Shown here: one piece after another, positions 8,704 through 15,625 of the stretch
Layout: each line of letters starts with the position of its first letter
Position numbering within the stretch: the first letter of the stretch is position 1
Virus record (IMG/VR): IMGVR_UViG_3300025653_000244
Span: 1-25,292 of that record
Length of the DNA stretch: 25,292 nt
From: a virus
Lineage: Duplodnaviria > Caudoviricetes
Reading direction: 5' to 3' (one strand)
Notes under the pieces: model-generated
What the model was told of the DNA's origin: nothing
What the model saw: the letters and a program-made list of their open reading frames with translations, nothing else
Database searches by the model: none
Position numbers and translations under genes: made by a program

Positions 8704-9338
8704 TACTTCACTCCTACCAATGCAGTTAGATGGAACATACTCACATCGAAACCAGACTCAAACTTGCCACGATTACAACGCTTGTATGTCAGTTGCTCAC
8801 ACCATGAGTCCCATAACTTCTCAGTACTCCGGTTACCCTTACATATGCTGATGTAGTTGTCGATCTTCTTCAACTTGGTATCCACCTTGGCACTCTTGAT
8901 AAACTGTACATCCTTGGGCGACACCTTGTGGAATCGTCTGAGGTTATGCACATCGATGCACCCCACTCGACCGAACATCATCTGCATCACGAACCCTGCC
9001 TTAGCCATACCAAGACCGGGAACCATCGTCAGCCTCAGCATCATCATACGATCACGCTCCTGCTTCTTACGCATGTCGCCCCAGTCCCCACGCCACATGT
9101 CCATGAGGTCACTGTACAGATCCTCACGGTTCTCAAGCAGGTACTCAAGGGTCTGCTGTTTGAGACCCCACACATGCTTGGACGCTAGCCCATACCTACG
9201 ATAATCCTCCATTTGTTTGGACATCGTGTGGAATGGAGTCTTGATAGACAACACAACAAACATAATTCCATCTTGCATATGCAATGCAGACTTCTGCATA
9301 TATGCGTTGATGACTGGATTTACTTCACGAAAGCTCAT
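8703..9338 (-). CDS. HhH-GPD superfamily (DNA glycosylase-like) protein
   Basis: Helix-hairpin-helix LTMVPGLGMAKAGF followed by CIDVHNLR, comparable to the Ogg/EndoIII GxGxKxA...(I/V)D(R/T)H pattern. Confidence 0.6.
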   Translation of the reverse strand: MSFREVNPVINAYMQKSALHMQDGIMFVVLSIKTPFHTMSKQMEDYRRYGLASKHVWGLKQQTLEYLLENREDLYSDLMDMWRGDWGDMRKKQERDRMMMLRLTMVPGLGMAKAGFVMQMMFGRVGCIDVHNLRRFHKVSPKDVQFIKSAKVDTKLKKIDNYISICKGNRSTEKLWDSWCEQLTYKRCNRGKFESGFDVSMFHLTALVGVK

Positions 9339-9577
9339 GATTGAATCTCCTCAATTTCTGTTAAACGCTCTTGACATTTGCGAGCGCGTATCTGATACCA
9401 CTCATTACCGCCCATCATACTGAACAACTCGTATGCCGTCTCGTAATTCCTACGAGCCAACGACATATAGCCACCTTCCAAGTCACCCTGTGCCTCGCTG
9501 AAGAACGACTCGGCAATGAATGATACTTGACTCTCAGTAAGATCTTTAAGATCAAACAACTTACATTCAACTTTCAT
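9335..9577 (-). CDS. Hypothetical helical protein (80 aa, possibly one TPR-like hairpin)
   Basis: Strong RBS AAGGAG and an ATGA overlap with the next gene. Confidence 0.7.
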   Translation of the reverse strand: MKVECKLFDLKDLTESQVSFIAESFFSEAQGDLEGGYMSLARRNYETAYELFSMMGGNEWYQIRARKCQERLTEIEEIQS

Positions 9578-9586
9578 AATGACTCC

Positions 9587-9600
9587 TTAGTCATGACTAA
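9587..9600. repeat. Palindrome TTAGTCATGACTAA, copy 3
   Basis: Exact match, overlapping the AAGGAG RBS of gene 9335-9577. Confidence 0.95.
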
Positions 9601-9639
9601 ACTCGTTACCGTAGGCGACTCGTCATCGCCCCGTACTAC

Positions 9640-9667
9640 TATGACAGATCTTGTCATATAAAGTTCC
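9640..9667 (-). promoter_or_regulatory. sigmaE/AlgU-type (ECF) promoter P2
   Basis: Minus strand reads GGAACTT-tatatgacaagatctg(16)-TCATA. It is intergenic and closely resembles 10772-10799. Confidence 0.62.
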
Positions 9668-9901
9668 CTACACCTCGTATACAGCGACAACTTGTTGCCA
9701 ATCTACCTCATGCAACTCGCTATCATCATGGTACAGATGCTTAAACACACGCGCAGAACCATCACCAAACTCGACACATACCTTGTCAGTGAATGATACA
9801 TCAGGAAACTTATGCACCCAGACTTCAGTGTCCATCTCATTACGATGCCACTCTCGTCTCATTAACTCTCGCTCAACACGAGGATCATCACCCCATTCCA
9901 T
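9668..9901 (-). CDS. Hypothetical protein (77 aa)
   Basis: Has a GAGGTG RBS and a TAATG overlap with the upstream gene. Confidence 0.7.
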   Translation of the reverse strand: MEWGDDPRVERELMRREWHRNEMDTEVWVHKFPDVSFTDKVCVEFGDGSARVFKHLYHDDSELHEVDWQQVVAVYEV

Positions 9902-10080
9902 TACTCACCTCTACTGTGGTCATACACCACATAACTCGCCATCATAATGAGACCAATCAGGGAACACCCAAGACCAATCATCATCCCTTGTATTGAAGCA
10001 GACTCGTCAATCAATCCAAGTCCACTGAACAACAGGAACATGCCAAGCATGCCCATCAACGCAAACACTACGCGCATCAC
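9901..10080 (-). CDS. Small two-transmembrane-helix protein (59 aa)
   Basis: Not in the ORF track. Manual translation gives MMRVVFALMGMLGMFLLFSGLGLIDESASIQGMMIGLGCSLIGLIMMASYVVYDHSRGE*. Has a GAGGTG RBS, and its stop overlaps the next start. Confidence 0.7.
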   Translation of the reverse strand: MMRVVFALMGMLGMFLLFSGLGLIDESASIQGMMIGLGCSLIGLIMMASYVVYDHSRGE

Positions 10081-10108
10081 TCGTCACCTCTTTGTTTTAT
10101 TGAGACAT

Positions 10109-10131
10109 AAAAAAAGGGGGCTTTCGCCCCC
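10109..10131 (-). terminator. Rho-independent terminator after the first early gene
   Basis: Minus strand reads GGGGGC-GAAA-GCCCCC followed by T7, a few nt after the stop of 10138-10710. Confidence 0.88.
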
Positions 10132-10137
10132 CGTCGA

Positions 10138-10710
10138 TTAGGCCGCCTCAGACTTCTTGGCTTGTGCTATTGCTAGCAGTTCAAGCGCAACATCCTCAGC
10201 GTCCGCCCCCAAAATGTCAGCCAGTAATCCGGCTTTGTCGTGGGTATCCTTGTCCTTCAGTATTTCGATCAACTCCTTGAAGCTAACCGCACCTGAAGCC
10301 TTTTTCATATCCTCAGACTTCTGCACCTCTGTCGATGCGTCTGGCTGAGTCTTTGAACTTGGCTCTGTCTTTCCTTCATCACCTGCTCGAACAGCCTTGT
10401 ATAGCTGAGACAGAGATCCAGACTTTTTAGCCTTGTCCTTAAGAACCTTCCGATTATCAGCAGTCTTGGCAAACTCCAACACTCCCTTAGTCTGGCTCTT
10501 ATAGGTGCTAGCTGTTGACTCCTTAATGATTCCCGATTCTTTCCACACCTTGGCGCATTCAGTTAGAAACGCTTCGATGTTCATATCGTTGACCTTTGGG
10601 GACATATCCTCAACTGCAGTCATTAGTGACTCCACTTGTGAAGCCTTGGCTTGCGCCTCAGCAACAAACGAACATGCATATGCAACAGCGATATCATTGA
10701 CCTTAGTCAT
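10138..10710 (-). CDS. Hypothetical first early protein (190 aa, helical, Ala/Lys-rich)
   Basis: Long ORF with an AAGGAG RBS and its own promoter and terminator. No family recognised. Confidence 0.85.
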   Translation of the reverse strand: MTKVNDIAVAYACSFVAEAQAKASQVESLMTAVEDMSPKVNDMNIEAFLTECAKVWKESGIIKESTASTYKSQTKGVLEFAKTADNRKVLKDKAKKSGSLSQLYKAVRAGDEGKTEPSSKTQPDASTEVQKSEDMKKASGAVSFKELIEILKDKDTHDKAGLLADILGADAEDVALELLAIAQAKKSEAA

Positions 10711-10716
10711 GACTAA
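10703..10716. repeat. Palindrome TTAGTCATGACTAA, copy 4
   Basis: Exact match, centred on ATG 10710. Confidence 0.95.
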
Positions 10717-10771
10717 ACTCCTTAAGTAACTATGTTAATAAACAAACACGCAGGGGCTACCTGCATAACCG

Positions 10772-10799
10772 TTAGACAAGCCTTGTCGAATAAAGTTCC
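10772..10799 (-). promoter_or_regulatory. sigmaE/AlgU-type (ECF) promoter P1
   Basis: Minus strand reads GGAACTT-tattcgacaaggcttg(16)-TCTAA, matching the RpoE/AlgU consensus. It lies ~60 nt upstream of the first early gene. Confidence 0.68.
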
Positions 10800-10812
10800 A
10801 AACTATTTTCGC

Positions 10813-10833
10813 AAATAGGAATCATTCGCATTT
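10813..10833. promoter_or_regulatory. Fur-box-like site
   Basis: AAATAGGAATCATTCGCATTT matches AAATGAGAATnATTCTCATTT at 17 of 20 defined positions, 13 bp upstream of the P1 -35. Confidence 0.5.
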
Positions 10834-10854
10834 AGAGTTTCTCTTCCTTGTCGT

Positions 10855-10918
10855 CTCTTTAGTCATGACTAAACAGATGCGCTTGTGTGTGACTCTTTAG
10901 TCATGACTAAACAGATGC
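10855..10918. repeat. Tandem 26-bp direct repeat (period 38) carrying palindrome copies 5 and 6
   Basis: CTCTTTAGTCATGACTAAACAGATGC occurs at 10855-10880 and 10893-10918. Confidence 0.95.
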
Positions 10919-10986
10919 CCCCTTGTGTCTCTTTTTATAGGTGTGGGGTCTTTCTCTTATGTCTGTCTAGTGGGTGCTAGTGGGTA

Positions 10987-11108
10987 CTGCTTAGACACAC
11001 ACACTTCACCTGTATAGAAACGCTTCAATCTAAACAGGCCTACCCTGCCCTATCCCGCCGGAGGGGGGTGTAGTCCTCACGCGTATATACAGATCCTGCT
11101 TAGACACA
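10987..11108. repeat. 13-bp direct repeat pair CTGCTTAGACACA
   Basis: Copies at 10987-10999 and 11096-11108 flank a GC-rich patch. Confidence 0.8.
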
Positions 11109-11302
11109 AAAAAAGGTTAATTTAGAATTATAAAAAATAATAATAATTCATAGTATTATAATAGGTGTATACTATTAGACTATTTAGTTCTAAGTATCTT
11201 GTTTTTATAACTAAAAAGTGCCTCTGCGGAGTAATCAGCACTGCTGAGACCCGCTGAAGAAAAAAGAAATACTACAATCTGTACTGTTTGTACTAAAAGT
11301 AC

Positions 11303-11331
11303 TTGACATTTTCTTAAAAGTATGCTACAAT
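11303..11331 (+). promoter_or_regulatory. sigma70-type promoter for the packaging/structural arm
   Basis: TTGACA-N17-TACAAT with an extended -10 TG. Confidence 0.82.
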
Positions 11332-11474
11332 AATACCACTTAAAAGAAACGCAAGAGAAAATATTATACTCTTTATACAAATATCATACTCTTGAGATAA
11401 TACGCAAGAGAATTATTATCTTTAAATTATAATTTCATTTGCGTTTCTTGTTGTGTAACTACATAGAGTACAGG

Positions 11475-11858
11475 ATGACTGAGAATACTCAACCTAAAAA
11501 GCGTGGAAGACCCCGTAAGGAACTTGTTGAGTCCAAAAAGGATGGCAACAGAGGTAAACGAGGTCGTCCTCCCGGCGATGCCGCTATCATCAATGAGTAT
11601 AAAGCTCGTATGTTAGCATCACCAAAGTCTCAAAAGGTGTTGGATTCAATTATGGATGCCGCACTAAACGATGAGCATAAGAATCAAGCGGCGGCGTGGA
11701 AGATATTGATGGATCGTATGTTGCCTGTAAGTTATTTTGAGAAAGACAAAAACAATATTGGGCGTTCTGCTGTGTCTATTACCATTAAAGGTGTAGGTGG
11801 CGAGACTATAATCACAAATGATGAGGATATCATTGATGTTACCCCCGAATCGGATTGA
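11475..11858 (+). CDS. Putative terminase small subunit / DNA-packaging protein
   Basis: First gene of the late arm, with likely start ATG 11475. Has AT-hook-like KKRGRPRK and KRGRPP motifs, an AAAWKILMDR helix and an IIDVTP tail. Confidence 0.6.
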   Translation: MTENTQPKKRGRPRKELVESKKDGNRGKRGRPPGDAAIINEYKARMLASPKSQKVLDSIMDAALNDEHKNQAAAWKILMDRMLPVSYFEKDKNNIGRSAVSITIKGVGGETIITNDEDIIDVTPESD

Positions 11859-12288
11859 ACAGATTAAAGAAGACCTTGTTCGTCATGAGGGATACGTCAC
11901 TGAAATCTATTTATGCTCTGAAGGCTACCCTACGTTTGGTATTGGTCACCTTGTATGCGCTGACGACATGGAGTATACATGGCCTGTTGGGACACCAGTG
12001 ACAGACGAACGTATCCTTCAAGTATTTCATGATGATTGTCAAGAAGCAGTCGAAGAAGCAGAGCAAGTGGTTGATGATTTATATGCTCACCCTAGCGATG
12101 TGATTCGTGTGTTGGTTAACATGGTGTTTAACTTAGGTCGTCCACGGTTATCTAAGTTTAAGAATATGCTTGCGGCTGTCAATGCGAATGATTATCATTT
12201 AGCTGCAGAAGAAATGATTGACTCTAAGTGGTATCGCCAAGTAGGTCGCCGTAGTGAAGAACTTGTAGAGATAATGCGTGGAGCTTAA
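11836..12288 (+). CDS. T4-like (GH24) lysozyme / endolysin
   Basis: Motifs HEG...YLCSEGYPTFGIGH, LVNMVFNLG..RLSKFKNM and SKWYRQVGRR. The start is uncertain (11818 or 11836). Confidence 0.9.
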   Translation: MLPPNRIEQIKEDLVRHEGYVTEIYLCSEGYPTFGIGHLVCADDMEYTWPVGTPVTDERILQVFHDDCQEAVEEAEQVVDDLYAHPSDVIRVLVNMVFNLGRPRLSKFKNMLAAVNANDYHLAAEEMIDSKWYRQVGRRSEELVEIMRGA

Positions 12289-13531
12289 TGTTGAGTTGCT
12301 TCCTTGGCAACAGGAAGTCTTTAACGATCCAACACGATTCAAGATTGTAGCGGCAGGGCGGCGTACTGGTAAGTCTCGTCTAGCCGCTTGGCAGTTGATT
12401 ATCTATGGACTGCAAACAAACCGTGGTCATGTGTTTTATGTTGCGCCGACTCAGGGGCAGGCTCGTGACATTATGTGGTCTACTCTGTTAGAGTTAGCGC
12501 ATCCTGTTATCAAGACATCCCACATTAACAACTTGCAAATCACTCTCATTAACGGTTGCACTATCTCACTGAAGGGTGCTGACAGACCAGAGACCATGCG
12601 AGGCGTATCCCTTAAGTTCCTTGTTATGGACGAATATGCGGATATGAAGCCTAGTGTGTGGGAACAAATCTTACGTCCTGCGCTTGCTGACCAAAAAGGT
12701 GAAGCCATGTTTATTGGTACGCCAATGGGTCGTAACCACTTCTATGATTTGTACTCGTATGCAGAGATAGGTGATGATCAATCGTATAAGGCGTGGCATT
12801 TTACATCGTATGATAATCCTCTCCTTGACCCTAAAGAGATTGACACTGCCAAAAAGTCAATGTCGAGCTATGCGTTCCGACAGGAATTCCTTGCAAGCTT
12901 TGAAGCAATGGGTTCTGAAATCTTTAAGGAAGACTGGATACAGTTTGACAAGGATGAGCCTGAAAGTGGAGATTTTTACATTGCGGTTGACCTTGCGGGT
13001 TTTGCTAATGTTGAAAGTGCTACAAAGTCTAAAAACAAAAAGCTTGACCAAACAGCTATCGCCATCGTCAAAGCCAACGAAAACGGATGGTGGATAGCAG
13101 ACATTGTTCATGGTCGGTGGGACATCAAGAAAACGGCTAAAAAGATCTTTGATGCTGTTGAGCGTTACCGTCCTATCGCTGTAGGAATTGAACGTGGAGC
13201 GTTAAAGAACGCTGTGCTACCATACCTTACAGACATCATGAAATCATCTCAAAGATTTTTTAGAGTTGAAGAGTTGACACATGGAAATAAGAAAAAAACT
13301 GATCGTATTGTTTGGGCGTTGCAAGGACGTTTTGAACATGGGCAAATAACATTAAACAAAGGTGATTGGAACTCTCAGTTTATGGATGAGTTGTTTCAGT
13401 TTCCTAACCACCTTGTGCATGATGACTTAATTGATGCACTGGCATATATTGATCAACTTGCTAAAGTATCGTACTACTACGATTACGAAGAAGATGAATT
13501 TGAAATACTAGACCCCGTAGCAGGATATTAA
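12278..13531 (+). CDS. terL: Terminase large subunit
   Basis: LLPWQ, Walker A AGRRTGKS, Walker B VMDE, GTP.G.N, and nuclease motifs AVDLAG and HDDLIDALAY. Confidence 0.96.
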   Translation: MELNVELLPWQQEVFNDPTRFKIVAAGRRTGKSRLAAWQLIIYGLQTNRGHVFYVAPTQGQARDIMWSTLLELAHPVIKTSHINNLQITLINGCTISLKGADRPETMRGVSLKFLVMDEYADMKPSVWEQILRPALADQKGEAMFIGTPMGRNHFYDLYSYAEIGDDQSYKAWHFTSYDNPLLDPKEIDTAKKSMSSYAFRQEFLASFEAMGSEIFKEDWIQFDKDEPESGDFYIAVDLAGFANVESATKSKNKKLDQTAIAIVKANENGWWIADIVHGRWDIKKTAKKIFDAVERYRPIAVGIERGALKNAVLPYLTDIMKSSQRFFRVEELTHGNKKKTDRIVWALQGRFEHGQITLNKGDWNSQFMDELFQFPNHLVHDDLIDALAYIDQLAKVSYYYDYEEDEFEILDPVAGY

Positions 13532-13532
13532 C

Positions 13533-15449
13533 ATGCAATATGAAAACGTAGATGATCAAACAAACACGCTAGAAGGTTGGGTCATTAATAAATGCAATCA
13601 ATGGCGTGATCATTATGATTCAAACTATTCTGAAAAGTTTGATGAATACTATAGACTATGGCGTGGTATCTGGGCTTCTGAAGACACAATGCGCTCTTCA
13701 GAGCGATCACGTATTATTTCCCCTGCGCTTCAACAAGCAGTAGAATCTGCTGTTGCGGAAGTAGAAGAAGCTACTTTTGGACGTGGCAAGTGGTTTGATA
13801 TTAAAGATGACTATCAAGACCAACAAAAAGTTGACATTCAATTTTTACGTAATCAACTAGATGAAGACTTGCACTATGTTGCATCACGAAAAGCAATTGC
13901 TGAATGTATTTTAAATGCGGCTGTATTTGGCACAGGCATTGGTGAAATTATAGCAGAAGAAATAACAGAATTTAAACCTGCTACTCGTCCTGTAATGGAT
14001 GGAGCAATGCAAGCAGTTGGAGTTGAAGAAGCACAACGCACAGTTTTTAAATTGCGTCCTGTGATGCCACAAAACTTTTTAATTGATCCAGTAGCTACAT
14101 CTATTGACGAAGCTCTTGGTGTAGCTATTGATGAATTTGTTCCAATGCACCAAGTCATAAGGTTACAAGAGCAGGGTATTTATACTAATGTTTCAATAAC
14201 TCAGGCTTCTCCTGATGTTGATCTTGAACCAGATCAAGACTTTACTATTTATAATGACGACAAAGTACGTTTAACAAAATACTATGGATTTGTTCCTCGT
14301 GAGTTGTTGTATGCAAATAATGAAGAAGTTAAATTATTAGCTGAAGAAGAAACCAGTGAATACGTAGAAGCTATTGTAGTAATTGCAAATAACGGAACAT
14401 TACTAAAAGCTGATGAAAATCCTTATATGATGCAAGATCGCCCAATTGTAGCTTTTCCTTGGGATGTTGTACCTAGCCGTTTTTGGGGACGTGGTATTTG
14501 CGAAAAAGGGTACAACGCACAAAAAGCACTTGATACTGAACTGAGAGCACGAATTGACGCACTTGCGCTTACTGTACACCCTATGCTTGCTGTTGATGCT
14601 TCACGTCTTCCTCGTGGAAGCAAGTTGGAAGTTAGACCCGGCAAGGCCATCCTTACGAACGGCAATCCCTCAGAAATCTTACAGCCGTTTAGATTTGGAA
14701 GTCTTGACTCCAACACATTTAACCAAGCGGCTAATCTCCAACAAATGGTTCAAATGGCAACTGGAGCTATTGATGCGGCAGGCATTCCCGGAAGTATTAA
14801 TGGAGAATCTACAGCCGCAGGTATTTCAATGTCACTAGGCGCAATTATTAAACGTCATAAACGTACATTAATTAATTTTCAAGAAGCATTTTTATTACCA
14901 TACGTAACTAAAGTTGCTCATCGTTATATGCAGTTTAGCCCTGAGTTGTATCCTGTACGTGACTATAAATTTGTACCATCATCATCTCTTGGCATTATTG
15001 CTCGTGAATATGAAGTAACTCAACTTGTTCAGTTATTGCAAACAATGAGTCCTGAGTCTCCAATGTATCCAATGTTAATTGAATCAATTGTTGACAACAT
15101 GAACTTAAGTAACCGCGAACAAATTATTGAAGGACTACGTCAAGTAAACCAACCTAACCCGCAACAACAACAAATACAACAAGCGGCTATGGAAATGGAA
15201 ATGACACAAAAGCAATCAACCATTCAAAACATCCAAGCTCAAACTGCAGAAATTATGTCTCGTGTACAGCAGAACTCTGTTGAAACAGAACTGTTACCAA
15301 TTGAAGTGATGGGTAAAATTACTGATCCTGAAGAGGTAGACTTTAAACGTAGAGTTGAGTTAGCTAAATTGTTACTAAAAGAACGTGACATTGAAGCTAA
15401 TAATGAAATTGTTAAAGCACAAATGAGAAGTTCAGATGCAAGTAACTAA
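13533..15449 (+). CDS. Portal protein
   Basis: 638 aa directly after terL. Podovirus portal features include FGTGI, NFLIDP, FWGRG, TAAGIS and a Gln-rich C-terminal coil. Confidence 0.9.
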   Translation: MQYENVDDQTNTLEGWVINKCNQWRDHYDSNYSEKFDEYYRLWRGIWASEDTMRSSERSRIISPALQQAVESAVAEVEEATFGRGKWFDIKDDYQDQQKVDIQFLRNQLDEDLHYVASRKAIAECILNAAVFGTGIGEIIAEEITEFKPATRPVMDGAMQAVGVEEAQRTVFKLRPVMPQNFLIDPVATSIDEALGVAIDEFVPMHQVIRLQEQGIYTNVSITQASPDVDLEPDQDFTIYNDDKVRLTKYYGFVPRELLYANNEEVKLLAEEETSEYVEAIVVIANNGTLLKADENPYMMQDRPIVAFPWDVVPSRFWGRGICEKGYNAQKALDTELRARIDALALTVHPMLAVDASRLPRGSKLEVRPGKAILTNGNPSEILQPFRFGSLDSNTFNQAANLQQMVQMATGAIDAAGIPGSINGESTAAGISMSLGAIIKRHKRTLINFQEAFLLPYVTKVAHRYMQFSPELYPVRDYKFVPSSSLGIIAREYEVTQLVQLLQTMSPESPMYPMLIESIVDNMNLSNREQIIEGLRQVNQPNPQQQQIQQAAMEMEMTQKQSTIQNIQAQTAEIMSRVQQNSVETELLPIEVMGKITDPEEVDFKRRVELAKLLLKERDIEANNEIVKAQMRSSDASN

Positions 15450-15582
15450 ACAAGAACTAGACAAAGTTTTAATTGAATTAAATAAAATTTTAGTAAGTTT
15501 AGATAATCGATTACAGGTTCTTGAAAAAACTCGTACTACAAGAAATACAAAAAGTCAAGCAAAAGACTTGACAAAAGAATAA
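15436..15582 (+). CDS. Small coiled-coil protein (48 aa)
   Basis: Manual translation gives MQVTKQELDKVLIELNKILVSLDNRLQVLEKTRTTRNTKSQAKDLTKE*. It fills the gap after the portal gene. Confidence 0.6.
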   Translation: MQVTKQELDKVLIELNKILVSLDNRLQVLEKTRTTRNTKSQAKDLTKE

Positions 15583-15596
15583 ATTTGTGGTATAAT
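15568..15596 (+). promoter_or_regulatory. Consensus sigma70 promoter for the head genes
   Basis: Perfect TTGACA-N17-TATAAT with an extended -10 TG. Confidence 0.9.
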
Positions 15597-15625
15597 ATTT
15601 GCATCTAAATTAAGGAGAAACTCTA

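Noticed and set aside
2017-9423. Numerous plus-strand ORFs opposite the replication and early genes
   Set aside because: They are shadow ORFs antisense to well-supported, tightly packed minus-strand genes.
10855-10918. Possible mini-CRISPR array
   Set aside because: There are only two 26-bp repeats with a 12-bp spacer and no cas genes, and the repeat core recurs at gene starts, which fits an operator.
11180-11380. 66-aa minus-strand ORF
   Set aside because: It is antisense across the late promoter in AT-rich DNA, with no clear RBS or protein-like features.
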